64,000 bases of DNA from assembly GCA_002707695.1 (NCBI GenBank), contig PANR01000018.1:1865-65864 (forward strand). The letters run 5' to 3'. This stretch comes from Legionellaceae bacterium (lineage in GTDB: Bacteria > Pseudomonadota > Gammaproteobacteria > UBA12402). This document shows positions 48,190-60,479 of the stretch, piece by piece; within the stretch, counting starts at the first letter, position 1, and every line of letters begins with the position of its first letter. The translations under genes were made by a program, and so were the position numbers. Below the pieces are notes generated by a model that saw nothing but the letters and a program-made list of their open reading frames with translations, searched no databases and was not told the origin of the DNA.

Positions 48190-49920
48190 ATGAGAAAAAT
48201 TAGTGTTCTACTCACACTCTGTGTTGCTTTGTGCTGCACGACACAGGCGCTCGCGGCGCTCTCGCTTAAGAACGTGATCACCGGTATTAAAAACAAAAAA
48301 GTGCTTAACAACGCCCTGGCTCGATTAAAAATTAACCAGGAACATAACAACGAAACACTGACTAAAAGTGAGATTGGCGAATTTTTTAGTGAAGGCCCCA
48401 AAAACATTGAAGCTGCTGTGGCGCCCTACGGTTACTTTAACCCGACGATCAAATCGAACTTAAGCAATCGCGGTGATGCCTGGACAGCTACCTACGATGT
48501 AGAACTTGGCCCCAAGCTCACCGTCACCGTCGCCAATATTCGGATTATGGGCCCTGGCAATATCAATAAACATATTACCATGGCGTTTGACAAAGTCCCT
48601 TTAAAAACGGGAGCGGTGTTTACCACAGAACACTACGATAAAACCAAAGATTTACTTATCGACACCGCCCATGCTGCTGGATTCATTGATGCAAAATACA
48701 CGATTGATAAAATCACCATCAACCCTAGCGCTTACACTTGTGTTCTTGATTTAACATTGCAAACAGGGCCGCGATATTACTTTGGTGATGTAAGCTTTTC
48801 ACCAAGCCCGATTTCCGATAGTTTGTTAAAACGCTATATTCCATTTAAAACTGGCGATCCTTACTCAACTACTACGCTAACTGACTTTCAACAACTACTT
48901 TCACAAAGTGGTTACTTTAAAAGCGTCATTGCCAACCCAGAAAAAGATAAAGCCGTCAATCAACAAATTCCCATTGATATGCAGCTCACACGCAACAAAC
49001 AAAAATTTTATCGTGTAGGTATTGGTTACGGTACAGGCACCGGTCCACGACTTTTGGGCAGTATTAACTGGCGATGGGTTAATAAATACGGGCATAAGTT
49101 CAGCTTAAATACCATGCTTTCTAAAATAAATAATGCACTAACCGCGCAATATTTAATTCCAGGAAGCAAACCATCGACCGATCAATACACTATCACCGGC
49201 ACGCACTTTACGTTAGCCCCTTATCGCACACAAAAAAGTTTTGGTAATCGTTTATCGCTGGCCGATACCTTTAAGCTATGGGGCTGGCAGCAAACCTATC
49301 AAGTTGATTTTTTATCTGAGCGCTATCGCTTTTCAAGCAACGCCGGCTATAACGATGCGCGCGCGGTAATTCCCGGCTTTACATGGCGACGCGTATCAAC
49401 AGGCAATATTTTAAAAATTACAAAAGGCAGCATGTTTAGCATGAACTGGCGCGGTGCAAGCCGGCATGCGGGCTCAACTGTCAACTTTATACAAACCAAT
49501 TGGCAATACAAATGGGTACACCCGCTTTTTACAAAAAACTTTCGCATTATTTTACGTGGTCAGCTAGGTTATACGTTTATTAACGAAAACAGCATCACCA
49601 AACTACCATTGAGCTTGCAGTTTTATGCAGGTGGCATATACAGCATGCGAGGATATAATTACAACTCACTCGGACCAGGCCGTTACTTAATGATTGGCAG
49701 CGGCGAAATTCAACGCCGGATTGTTGGCAACTTATGGGTGGGCACTTTTGTTGATGAAGGAAATGTGTTTAACAACTTCCCCATCGACCCACAACGCGGG
49801 ATGGGCCTCTCATTAATTTATCAAACACCTGTCGGACCGTTAGCAATTAGTCTTGCCCAAGCGTCAACGAAAAAAGGCAAACCGCTTAAATTCCAATTCA
49901 GCATAGGACCAGAGCTATGA
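48190..49920 (+). CDS. tamA: translocation and assembly module outer-membrane subunit
   Basis: PYGYFNP, TGPRYYFG, FYAGG..SMRGY, TPVGPL, FSIGPEL. Confidence 0.9.
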   Translation: MRKISVLLTLCVALCCTTQALAALSLKNVITGIKNKKVLNNALARLKINQEHNNETLTKSEIGEFFSEGPKNIEAAVAPYGYFNPTIKSNLSNRGDAWTATYDVELGPKLTVTVANIRIMGPGNINKHITMAFDKVPLKTGAVFTTEHYDKTKDLLIDTAHAAGFIDAKYTIDKITINPSAYTCVLDLTLQTGPRYYFGDVSFSPSPISDSLLKRYIPFKTGDPYSTTTLTDFQQLLSQSGYFKSVIANPEKDKAVNQQIPIDMQLTRNKQKFYRVGIGYGTGTGPRLLGSINWRWVNKYGHKFSLNTMLSKINNALTAQYLIPGSKPSTDQYTITGTHFTLAPYRTQKSFGNRLSLADTFKLWGWQQTYQVDFLSERYRFSSNAGYNDARAVIPGFTWRRVSTGNILKITKGSMFSMNWRGASRHAGSTVNFIQTNWQYKWVHPLFTKNFRIILRGQLGYTFINENSITKLPLSLQFYAGGIYSMRGYNYNSLGPGRYLMIGSGEIQRRIVGNLWVGTFVDEGNVFNNFPIDPQRGMGLSLIYQTPVGPLAISLAQASTKKGKPLKFQFSIGPEL

Positions 49921-52900
49921 GGTGGTTACGTTACATTGCTTATACCCTCATCACCCTCGTGATTGTTATCTTTATTCTATTTGTCTTGCTGGTAACAACC
50001 AATACAGGTTTGCGAATTGCTTTTGCTATAGCCAAACATGCTATTCCAGGCAAAACTGAGATCGGACAAATCAACGGTCGTTTAATCAGCTCGTTAACAC
50101 TAAAAGATGTGAGTTACCGCAACGATGACATGTCTGTTAACGTCAACCATGTTTACCTAAAAGGTTCGCTCCTCCCTTTGATTGTTGGCAACCTTAAATT
50201 AAAAACGTTCAATGTTCAGGGGGTTTACTATAAGACCTTAGAAAACAAAAAGCCCGCGAAGAAAACTAAAGAAAACATCAAGCAACCTGAAAAATCGTAC
50301 AAATGGGAAGGCTTACCCATACGAGTTAACATCTCTCGCGTTGATATCAAAGATGTCACCATTGACCAACAAGGTAATATGAAAAAAATTAATCATATTA
50401 CTGGCGGTATTCAAACCTCTGGCCAGCAAGTCACAGTTAAACAATTCAAATTACTCACCCCTGATTATCAGGCGATGGCACAAGGTAAAGTGCTAGCAAA
50501 AGCCCCATTCACCACACAGTTTCGTGCAGAATTAAAAGGAAGCCCGAATCGGGAGCAACTTGCTGATGTCAAAGCCAATATTGATGGTGATGTAAACAAA
50601 CTTACAATCGCTGCACAAACGACGCAGCCGTTCAAAAGCAACTTAAACATTGTTTTCACTCAGTTAGCTGACAACCCAGGCATCGATGCAAGCATTGATT
50701 GGCAACGCGCAGCGTGGGTGGTTAACGGCTTCTCATCGATATCGATGCAACAAGGTCGCGCTATCATTAAAGGGCCCTTGAACAATTATCAATTTTCAAT
50801 CGTGACTGATATCAGCGGATCAAAAATACCTTTTGGCAACTGGTCGATCAATGGTTCAGGTAACTATCATAGCCTTCAAATCAAACAACTAACCGGTGAA
50901 ACACTCGGTGGCAAGTTAACAGCAAATGCCGCGATAGATTGGCAAAAGGCTATCATGTGGCAAGCGAACATTAACGCCCAAAACATTAATCCTGGTCTAC
51001 AGTGGAGTCGTTGGGAAGGCAACCTCAATGTTGCCAGCACATTCAACGGTCAATACAACAGCAAACAACAACAGCTTAGCAATCACCTCATTGTTTCCAA
51101 ACTCAGTGGTAACTTGCATAAATACAATTTAACCGGGCAAGCCGACATAAACTTGGCAAACAAGCAGCTACTCATTAAACAACTCAGCGTCAAGCTCGGA
51201 CAAAACCGCCTTAATGCTTCAGGGCAACTAGCGCAACAATGGGATCTCAACTGGCAAGCAAAACTGCCTAACCTCACTGCCATTTGGAAACACGGTGGCG
51301 GGCAATTTAACAGCGAAGGTCGCATCAAAGGCAGCTTGAAACAGCCCATCGTTAAAGCCACGGCAGTGGGCAAAAATATCAAACTACCCTGGCTATCGCT
51401 TGATGCGTTATCAGCGAACATTGATTTAGGTGCCGATGCAAGTGCGCCTGCCAACGTACAAGTTGAGCTTGATAATTTGCGCGCCCAAGCTCATTACATT
51501 AAATCCATTAAGTTACTCAGCCAAGGCACCATCGCTAACCAAAAAATTAATGGATCATTGGTCATGCCTAAAGTTACGTTGAACACACAACTTGCTGGCG
51601 GCATCACACAACAACAATGGCAAGGTGAGCTACAAAAACTTAACATCAACACAACTGATTTTGGAAATTGGCAACTTAAACAGCGCGCGAAACTCATGCT
51701 TAAACCCAACAACGTTTCGCTTGCGAATACCTGTTTAGTCAAACAATCTGAATCTGTGTGTGGCGGATTAACTTGGCAAGCGCAACACATGCTGCAAGCA
51801 TCACTTAAATCAAGCGGTTTAAATGCTGGCATGCTGAGCGCCTTCTTTCCGAACAATTTAAAAATTGATGCGCCAATTGATATTGACATGAATATTGACA
51901 GTAATGTTGATGGAAAACAAAGTGGATACGCAAAAGTTGTTATCCCTCAAGGAAAAGTCGCTTACACTTATAAAGGCCATACTCAACTGTTTGCTATCAA
52001 AAATAGCAGTATTGTCAGCCAACTCTCCTCTGCTGGCATTAACACACAAATCAATGCAGCAACTGACCCCAACCAAACACTGACTGGCACTATCAACCTC
52101 CCTCAATTCATGTTAATCAAAGGCTGGAATCCAAAACAATCGCTACAAGGCTCGATTAATTTGAATGCACCTGACTTGAGCTGGCTTGCTGCCATTGTAG
52201 GACCATTGGAAAACACCAAAGGTAGCATTGTTGGCAAGCTCAACATCGCTGGCGATCTACAACAACCGAAGCTCAACGGGTTTGTTGCATTAAAAAATGC
52301 GAGTGCCTTTATTGCACCGCTTGACATCACCCCAACCAATATCAATCTCGATGCAAACTTCAAACCTAACCAAGGTGTGATTTACAAAGGCAGCCTACTC
52401 TCTGAGAAAGGAAAACTAACACTCAATGGACAAACTCAACTGAATTCGTTTTTCAAAACAGCGCTCTTTATCAAAGGTAACAATGTGCTCGGCATTGACA
52501 CGCCTGAATATAAAGCTTACTTGTCGCCTGACTTGAAGTTGACCTATGATAAACCTAAGTTAACCTTAAGCGGCAAACTGAATGTTACGAATGCCACACT
52601 CAAACCAAAAACGTTTAGCAGTACAACCACGCTGCCAGACAATATTGTTTACATCCGCCCAGAAGGTGAAAAAGATCCATTGCAATTTTATCTTGACCTT
52701 AACTTAGGCTTAAAAAATGTAAGCTTTGCTTACCAAGGCTTAAAAGCAGAAGTCGAAGGACAACTCAAATTACACCTTGAGCCTGACAGCATCATGACGG
52801 CGACTGGCGAACTAAGAACAACGAGCGGTTCGTATAAAGCTTATAATCAAGATTTAACGATTGAAAAAGGAAACTTTGTTTATAATGGCGGACCGCTAAG

Positions 52901-53441
52901 CAATCCAAGCCTTGATATTTCTGCAACTCGAAAAATACAAACCGTTTTTGATGCCAGCGGCGTACAGCAAACGTTAACCGTTGGGGTCAATATCACCGGC
53001 ACCATTAGACGCCCACAACTCAACCTTTTCTCATCACCTGTGTCGCTAAGCCAGTCAGATATTTTGTCCTACATAATTTTAGGTCATGGCACGAACACCG
53101 CCAGCGGTGGTCAAGGACAACTTTTATTAGCAGCGGCCTCATCAATGGGCTTAACTGATAATAAACTCACCCAGAATATACAAAAAACATTTGGTCTGTC
53201 AGAGCTTGGGCTACAAAGTGATGAAATCATGAATCAACAAGGCTCACTGCAATCAAACACGTCGCTGGTCGTTGGCAAACAAATCACGCCAAAATTCAGC
53301 ATCCGTTACAGTGCGGGGTTATTAGTGCCCGTGGATGTCTTTAGAATGGTCTATCAAATGTCAAGGCGCTGGTCAGTCCAAACCGATAGCAGCACCTATG
53401 ATAATGGCGCGGACATTATCTACACCATTGAAACAGGCTGA
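49917..53441 (+). CDS. tamB: translocation and assembly module subunit TamB
   Basis: N-terminal TM anchor, beta-rich repeats, LSYIILG and GADIIY C-terminus; coupled to tamA. Confidence 0.88.
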   Translation: MRWLRYIAYTLITLVIVIFILFVLLVTTNTGLRIAFAIAKHAIPGKTEIGQINGRLISSLTLKDVSYRNDDMSVNVNHVYLKGSLLPLIVGNLKLKTFNVQGVYYKTLENKKPAKKTKENIKQPEKSYKWEGLPIRVNISRVDIKDVTIDQQGNMKKINHITGGIQTSGQQVTVKQFKLLTPDYQAMAQGKVLAKAPFTTQFRAELKGSPNREQLADVKANIDGDVNKLTIAAQTTQPFKSNLNIVFTQLADNPGIDASIDWQRAAWVVNGFSSISMQQGRAIIKGPLNNYQFSIVTDISGSKIPFGNWSINGSGNYHSLQIKQLTGETLGGKLTANAAIDWQKAIMWQANINAQNINPGLQWSRWEGNLNVASTFNGQYNSKQQQLSNHLIVSKLSGNLHKYNLTGQADINLANKQLLIKQLSVKLGQNRLNASGQLAQQWDLNWQAKLPNLTAIWKHGGGQFNSEGRIKGSLKQPIVKATAVGKNIKLPWLSLDALSANIDLGADASAPANVQVELDNLRAQAHYIKSIKLLSQGTIANQKINGSLVMPKVTLNTQLAGGITQQQWQGELQKLNINTTDFGNWQLKQRAKLMLKPNNVSLANTCLVKQSESVCGGLTWQAQHMLQASLKSSGLNAGMLSAFFPNNLKIDAPIDIDMNIDSNVDGKQSGYAKVVIPQGKVAYTYKGHTQLFAIKNSSIVSQLSSAGINTQINAATDPNQTLTGTINLPQFMLIKGWNPKQSLQGSINLNAPDLSWLAAIVGPLENTKGSIVGKLNIAGDLQQPKLNGFVALKNASAFIAPLDITPTNINLDANFKPNQGVIYKGSLLSEKGKLTLNGQTQLNSFFKTALFIKGNNVLGIDTPEYKAYLSPDLKLTYDKPKLTLSGKLNVTNATLKPKTFSSTTTLPDNIVYIRPEGEKDPLQFYLDLNLGLKNVSFAYQGLKAEVEGQLKLHLEPDSIMTATGELRTTSGSYKAYNQDLTIEKGNFVYNGGPLSNPSLDISATRKIQTVFDASGVQQTLTVGVNITGTIRRPQLNLFSSPVSLSQSDILSYIILGHGTNTASGGQGQLLLAAASSMGLTDNKLTQNIQKTFGLSELGLQSDEIMNQQGSLQSNTSLVVGKQITPKFSIRYSAGLLVPVDVFRMVYQMSRRWSVQTDSSTYDNGADIIYTIETG

Positions 53442-53506
53442 TTGACAAATAAATGCATTCTTGCCATAGTCAATAAGCATTATCGATTTTAAACAAGGAG
53501 TTTGTG

Positions 53507-53716
53507 ATGAAGAAATTACTCTCTATCGCCATTCTCGGCTTATCAGTTACCGGCTTGGCGCTTGCTGCCCCAAATGGTGCTACAAATAAGACCCCAACTT
53601 TTCAACGTGTGAGCTATGATGGCTACCCTTCTGGGCACAATTTTGCGCAGGATTTTGGGCAGAATTTGGGGCATGCTTTTCACTTCAGAACTCGGCCCGT
53701 CGTTATCGGACCCTAA
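53507..53716 (+). CDS. small secreted hypothetical protein
   Basis: Signal peptide ending ALA-A; AGGAG RBS. Confidence 0.65.
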   Translation: MKKLLSIAILGLSVTGLALAAPNGATNKTPTFQRVSYDGYPSGHNFAQDFGQNLGHAFHFRTRPVVIGP

Positions 53717-53727
53717 TACCCAACGGC

Positions 53728-53752
53728 TCGGGTTGTGCTCAGCGCAACCCGA
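53728..53752. terminator. stem-loop downstream of small ORF (terminator or REP-like)
   Basis: TCGGGTTGTGCT-C-AGCGCAACCCGA inverted repeat. Confidence 0.4.
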
Positions 53753-53910
53753 CTATTTGATAAAGCAATATACAATGGTCAACATGAGTCGTGTGCAAAA
53801 ACAAGCCATAATCAAAAGGTTAGACAAAAAAATGGTCTTTATCGTTCAGGCAATATTCACATAACGAGAGCTATTAATTTTCTCAAACAGCTTTATCTAT
53901 AAAAAAATAA

Positions 53911-56900
53911 TCAACCCCGCAACGGATCATTTTGATCGGCTGGGTCGATAATCGGTCTTGATGCTGGTGGTTTACCCAATGGCACGATGGTGGGCTTTGC
54001 AAACCCACCTTTAATCAAATAACGACGCGAAACAACGCTGTTCACCGCGGGCGAGACAACCTTGTCAGCCACGTACGTTGCCACACCAACTAAAGGATTA
54101 AGCGTGGCAATGCCTGCGATCACAGGTAGACTTGATGTCACATGTGGTGTGACAGTTAAATGTAAATTTAATATTTTCTCTACCAGATGTATTTCACCAG
54201 AAAAATCGAGTCGCGCAACAGGCCCTTGAAAATACGTATTTTTAAGACTCACCTCACCGTGATGAAAGCCTGCTTCTGCATGCATCACATCAAAGCCATA
54301 TCCTTTTTTAGATAACCCTTTAAACCCTGTGAAAATATTATCAACACTGAGCAAAGAAATAATGCGACCTAAGTTTAATCTCGCCACCGTTGTCGCGTTA
54401 TTCAGCAACACTGTGCCTCCACCTAAATTCAATACTGCATTACCATCAAGTGTTTCAAGGCTAAAATCATAGGGCGAAGCAGGCCAACTTAACAAAAAGC
54501 GCATATTTCCAGGGCCGGCTCGCAAATTTGAAGTGACACCCCAGGCTTTATTAAGTGCCGTTAAATGGTCTGTACCAAGATAGCCAGACAATGAAGTTTG
54601 ATAACGCCCGTGAATCAACGACCAAGCGCCGGTAACCTTTCCAGTTAATAAATGCCCGACAAAATTAATATGTTTAATCAGCATTGCATTTTTTTCTGGC
54701 TGACTTTCAAAATACACACCACCCATCGGTTTGTCACCAAGTTGAAAATCAGCAATGCCAATTTGCATTGCTGGCAGCGCTGCAGGATCGACTTGATCAT
54801 CAAATGCTGATTTTTCACCCGCTGATTGTGACGTGTTAAGATGAAGCCTAACAAAATTAGCAGTGAGTCTGCCTTTAGGATAATTTGTCGGAATACTAAT
54901 AGTTCCATTAATGGCTTGGCTATTAATGCTGACACTATAATGATTTAACAAGGATTCAAATTTAATATCAATAGGCGAAAACTTTTGCCCCATCAGCGAA
55001 AATTTACCAATTGTTAAATCAACCAATCTTGGAATCATCGACACACGATGTTCCTGCGGGTGTGTTTGTTGTTCTTGATATTGCTGTTTTTTTACTTGAT
55101 AAAACGTATACCACGCCTTCCAATCTAATGATGACAAATAACCACGAACCACTAAACCAGGCGCTTGCTGCACAACAACTGGCTTGTTGCCAAACATGAA
55201 CTCACCGCTATATAACTTTAAGGTTTTATGAACATCTGGACGAAAAGATAAAACACCTTTTATACGATCAGAAACAAGCTGATGATTGAAATACACATTC
55301 ATTGGTCCGTGCTGTGTAAAATTCAGATGCACAGATAATGGCGCAGCAGCTGTGGCTGTTTTGCCAAGCGGTGCTGGTAAATCAATCTTAATCCCTTTTA
55401 ACGCCGACTCAATAGTGAGTGTACTTGGCGTACGATCCTTTTTGCCAGCATGTAAATTCAGCTGGGCTTGATAAGCTGTCTGACCAGACAACTGAGGAAA
55501 AGCTGGCGTATTAAGGAATTTCACAAGCTGATTCACTGAGGTTTGGCCTGCAACATTCACTTGGATCACGGTATGATGTTGCGGAGTAGAAACAGTTTGC
55601 AATGACGCTGTGGTGGGGAACCCTAGAAAATAGGTTGATAAACGAGTAGACGATAATCCATTTTCAGTAAAATGCAAGGTCCCCTGCACTTGGTTGAATG
55701 CCAGCTTCCAACTAGGCACTTGGAAACTTGCTTGCTTTAAGGTGGTATCACCATCAACTTGTGTATGATCAGCATGATCAAGCGGAATCAGTAATTTTAA
55801 ATGTGTGGATGCTGGCCCCTGACCTGAAAATTGATTGACATTATTGCCCAAAATAGCTTTAAGCGGGCTCTCTTTTAAAAAACTAAAAATATCAGCAAAC
55901 GAACCAGCAGCATCTGCATTCACATGTAAAATAGGCCCGCCCTTTTGGCCTGTTAATCGTGGAATGCTCGCTGAAAGCTCGTGAATTTGTGTGTTATACA
56001 TCGTTGCATGCTGGCCTTGAGCAAACATACTATCATTTCTAAAAACTAATTCACCATCCACATCATTAAGTACCGGCCAGCCTTTCGCGTATTCAAATTG
56101 CAGATCAGAAATAAACGTATCAACCATAAAGATACCCTGATTATTAAGATAAGGGTAATCAGAAAGCTGGCCTCGTAACACAAACGTACCACTTCCTGGC
56201 TTGCCTGCAAGAAACGCTTGGTTTAGCCACTCAGAGAGTGAATGATGAAAAAATCGCTCAGGTAAGTACTGTTTAATTTTAGCCGGATCTATTTCATGAT
56301 AACCAAACATCATACTAACCATGGGAGAGCTTTTATCATGCGGTATTTTCATTGCAAGACTACCCGACAGAGCGGCATCTTCATTAACTGCACTCACATG
56401 CTTAGCCTGGATGATCCAATCATGATGACTGTTAAGTCGCCAGCTTATCGCTGCAGTGCTCATACCTGCAGTTAAACTGTGTGAAAATAAACGAGGAAAA
56501 TCCAACACCAAGTTTGAACTCAATAAATTAAATTGGCCTGAGTTGGGCTGTAGCGCTAGCACACCACTCACGCCACTTGCAGCCGGCATATGTTCATAAG
56601 GCAAGATGGCAACCTGGTTTAATGTTGCTTGAAATGAAAAAGGTTTGCTGGTTGTCTGTGTGTGAAGTTGGCGTGAAAACGTTAAATCAGTTAGCGAACC
56701 TGTCGGCTGCATCGCTTTTAATCGCTGCGTCCATTGAGCGGGCAATTTAACAAAAGCATTTGCCAAGCGTTCTGCATCATGTAAATCAACATAGCCGAGC
56801 TGAAAACGTTGACTATCAGGCTGTTTGTTAACAAGAAAGTTGGTCAGAGGCCAAGGGTGTTGATCAATCACCAAAGACACATGATCACCTATCACCTGCC

Positions 56901-57852
56901 AGCCCTTTTTATTTGGCTGCCATGCAACATGGCCGCTAAACTGCTCAAGTGGAATAAGTTTTTGTCGTTGCAACGCATAAACCTGCAACCCTGAAAGCGC
57001 CAATCTAGACTGGGATGCCTGCAAATGCTGGTTGTCCCAATTTAACCATATTGGCCCATTAACCATGGCTTGCTTAACTTGATAACCTTCAATGGGCTGC
57101 GTCCACCAATCTTGTAATGCGACATCATGAAAATTCGCATAGAACATAATCGCCATATCATGCAGTTTAGTTAAATCACCATGAGCCCACACGCCTAGAT
57201 CAATACTAGAGGATGCATTAGACTGCTGAGAAACCGTGACAAATAATTGATGCAATTGCCCATTATTTTCTAAACGAAGATGTTTGATATAATAATGTTT
57301 CGCGCCTTTATTTTTTGTTTTAAAAAAAAGATTGGAATTTTCGATCACCAACAGTTGCTGTGATTGAAGCCACTCTAGCATTCGACCCAAATGAACATTT
57401 TTCACACCCGTTAATTGCGAACTGGCTAACAAGTTATTAACAGACAAATCACCATGGCCTGTCGAGGCGATGTGTAAATTTAACCCCTGAGCAAAAATAC
57501 CTGTTGGCTGAAGACTTAAAGCAAACAATGCTTTTGTTAAATTTAATTCTATATGCAGATTATCTAAGGTTATTTGGCCAACACTACCTACAGATTGCTC
57601 AACATTAGGTGTCAAAGTCACACCATACAAATCAATTTCAGGACGAATGCCATCCCAATGCGCCTCAATTTTATCAATTTTCACTGGCATATTCAGTGTT
57701 TTGCTAACCCACTGCTGTATGTAAGGTTTGTGGCGATTCAGGTTGGGCGTTACAACATGTAACACTGAAACCACAATTGCGATAAAAAGAATAAACGCTG
57801 CGAGCAGATACCAAAGTGCATACAATATCCCTCTGAGCGTTTTAGCTTTCAC
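53911..57852 (-). CDS. yhdP: YhdP (AsmA-like phospholipid transport protein)
   Basis: ~1310 aa, N-terminal TM, WLNQAF..G, YAKGWP, VTSSLP; downstream of mreD, GTG start overlapping mreD stop. Confidence 0.85.
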   Translation of the reverse strand: MKAKTLRGILYALWYLLAAFILFIAIVVSVLHVVTPNLNRHKPYIQQWVSKTLNMPVKIDKIEAHWDGIRPEIDLYGVTLTPNVEQSVGSVGQITLDNLHIELNLTKALFALSLQPTGIFAQGLNLHIASTGHGDLSVNNLLASSQLTGVKNVHLGRMLEWLQSQQLLVIENSNLFFKTKNKGAKHYYIKHLRLENNGQLHQLFVTVSQQSNASSSIDLGVWAHGDLTKLHDMAIMFYANFHDVALQDWWTQPIEGYQVKQAMVNGPIWLNWDNQHLQASQSRLALSGLQVYALQRQKLIPLEQFSGHVAWQPNKKGWQVIGDHVSLVIDQHPWPLTNFLVNKQPDSQRFQLGYVDLHDAERLANAFVKLPAQWTQRLKAMQPTGSLTDLTFSRQLHTQTTSKPFSFQATLNQVAILPYEHMPAASGVSGVLALQPNSGQFNLLSSNLVLDFPRLFSHSLTAGMSTAAISWRLNSHHDWIIQAKHVSAVNEDAALSGSLAMKIPHDKSSPMVSMMFGYHEIDPAKIKQYLPERFFHHSLSEWLNQAFLAGKPGSGTFVLRGQLSDYPYLNNQGIFMVDTFISDLQFEYAKGWPVLNDVDGELVFRNDSMFAQGQHATMYNTQIHELSASIPRLTGQKGGPILHVNADAAGSFADIFSFLKESPLKAILGNNVNQFSGQGPASTHLKLLIPLDHADHTQVDGDTTLKQASFQVPSWKLAFNQVQGTLHFTENGLSSTRLSTYFLGFPTTASLQTVSTPQHHTVIQVNVAGQTSVNQLVKFLNTPAFPQLSGQTAYQAQLNLHAGKKDRTPSTLTIESALKGIKIDLPAPLGKTATAAAPLSVHLNFTQHGPMNVYFNHQLVSDRIKGVLSFRPDVHKTLKLYSGEFMFGNKPVVVQQAPGLVVRGYLSSLDWKAWYTFYQVKKQQYQEQQTHPQEHRVSMIPRLVDLTIGKFSLMGQKFSPIDIKFESLLNHYSVSINSQAINGTISIPTNYPKGRLTANFVRLHLNTSQSAGEKSAFDDQVDPAALPAMQIGIADFQLGDKPMGGVYFESQPEKNAMLIKHINFVGHLLTGKVTGAWSLIHGRYQTSLSGYLGTDHLTALNKAWGVTSNLRAGPGNMRFLLSWPASPYDFSLETLDGNAVLNLGGGTVLLNNATTVARLNLGRIISLLSVDNIFTGFKGLSKKGYGFDVMHAEAGFHHGEVSLKNTYFQGPVARLDFSGEIHLVEKILNLHLTVTPHVTSSLPVIAGIATLNPLVGVATYVADKVVSPAVNSVVSRRYLIKGGFAKPTIVPLGKPPASRPIIDPADQNDPLRG

Positions 57853-58331
57853 TGCACCTGACTCCCCATCAGCGTAGCGCTCATTGCAGCCCAGCAAATG
57901 GCAGATGTGAAGGCAGACATCAAGAACAACATCGTATTAGGCGTTTGGCCATGAATAGACATGATGATGTACGTGAGCAGTTTTCCCAGAACTAACAACA
58001 AAAAAATACAAACACTTTGCAATGGCCATGAAAGTACTCGCAACCACTGAGCAAATTTGGCTACGAGGTAAGCCAACACAACAAAAACAAACGCTGATTG
58101 TCCCAAGACGGATCCGTTAAATAAATCAACTAACAATCCAACGGCAAATCCGATACCCACACTAATGTGATAAGGCGCCATCATCACCCAATACAGCAAT
58201 ACAAGCAATGCAAATTCAGGTCGCCACCAAAGCAACGCTTGCGGTAAAGGCACGATATCAAGCATCAATGCGATCACAAGACTTAAAATGATTATTCGAT
58301 TTCTTGGCATAAAATCAGTGCGCATGCGCAT
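57849..58331 (-). CDS. mreD: rod shape-determining protein MreD
   Basis: RPEF..LVLLYW, GLLVD..GSVLG. Confidence 0.92.
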   Translation of the reverse strand: MRMRTDFMPRNRIIILSLVIALMLDIVPLPQALLWWRPEFALLVLLYWVMMAPYHISVGIGFAVGLLVDLFNGSVLGQSAFVFVVLAYLVAKFAQWLRVLSWPLQSVCIFLLLVLGKLLTYIIMSIHGQTPNTMLFLMSAFTSAICWAAMSATLMGSQVQ

Positions 58332-59151
58332 CCTCCTCCGGCCAAGAAAGTAAAACCAATCGACTGCTATCTAAATGTGCTGCGGGCTGCAGAATAACGG
58401 TTGAAAACTGCGCCCCGGCTGGCTGCTCAACTTTAACAACTTTTCCTACGGGATAGCCAAAGGGAAAACGGCCACCCAAACCTGATGTAATCATCATGTC
58501 ACCAACTTTCACATCAGTCGTTTGTGTCACACCACGCAAGCTTAATGTATTCACAGGACCATCACCTACTGCAATGCTACGAAGATGTGTGCGCTGGTTT
58601 TCAACAGGAATATTGCTTTTGCGATTCGTTAACAGCATGACGTGACTAGTAAAAGGCTGAACATCCAAGACCTGCCCGATAACACCATATGCATCTAACA
58701 CGGCTTGCCCTGGAAAAATCTGGCTGTGCTCGCCTTTATCAAGCACCAATTGCTGTTCACTCGGATCGAGCGACACCAATAACACCTGAGCCTCAAGTGT
58801 TTTGCTGCCTAGCTTTTTAGATGAATTTAACAACTCGCGAAGCTGCGCATTTTCTTCTTGCAATGCCATGAGCTTTTGCAGATGACTTTCCAACACAATC
58901 TGCTGAGCGCGCAAACGGGTATTTTCTGCCTGCAAATGTTCACGCGTTTGCAAATCGACCGCTGCATCTTTGATAAGTTTAGCCGGTTCGCTAACCAAGT
59001 ATTCTACAGGGGTAACGATAAACGCACCTTGGTTTCTCGCGCGATGCAAAAAAGGACTATGATGATCGAGCCACATTAATAAAATGGCACCAAGAGCAAA
59101 TCCACACGCGCGTGCACCCAGCCACACATCCTTTTTAAAAATTAACCGCAT
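58315..59151 (-). CDS. mreC: rod shape-determining protein MreC
   Basis: ENAQLRELL, LDKG, TSGLGGRFP.GYPVG. Confidence 0.93.
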   Translation of the reverse strand: MRLIFKKDVWLGARACGFALGAILLMWLDHHSPFLHRARNQGAFIVTPVEYLVSEPAKLIKDAAVDLQTREHLQAENTRLRAQQIVLESHLQKLMALQEENAQLRELLNSSKKLGSKTLEAQVLLVSLDPSEQQLVLDKGEHSQIFPGQAVLDAYGVIGQVLDVQPFTSHVMLLTNRKSNIPVENQRTHLRSIAVGDGPVNTLSLRGVTQTTDVKVGDMMITSGLGGRFPFGYPVGKVVKVEQPAGAQFSTVILQPAAHLDSSRLVLLSWPEEDAHAH

Positions 59152-59161
59152 GGGTTTCCAT

Positions 59162-60259
<1,098 letters not shown>

Positions 60260-60308
60260 TTACATATTAATCAGGATGAATAGAGAGTTGTGAGAGTAAA
60301 TCGCTTGC

Positions 60309-60399
60309 TGTCATTCCCGACCTGCACCCACAGGGCACTTATCGGGAATCCAGTTTTTTATCAAAGATTCCTGGATCCCGCATCGAGTGCGGGATGACA
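60309..60399. repeat. RS3/RPE-type palindromic repeat
   Basis: TGTCATTCCCGA...TCGGGAATCCAG-N-CTGGATCCCGCA..TGCGGGATGACA double-hairpin architecture. Confidence 0.75.
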
Positions 60400-60479
60400 A
60401 CCTTCCAAATCGGGGTAACTTGAGCGCGTTTAGAAGAAAGGGTATGATCTCCCACTCGATCAGCTAGGCAACTTGACAT

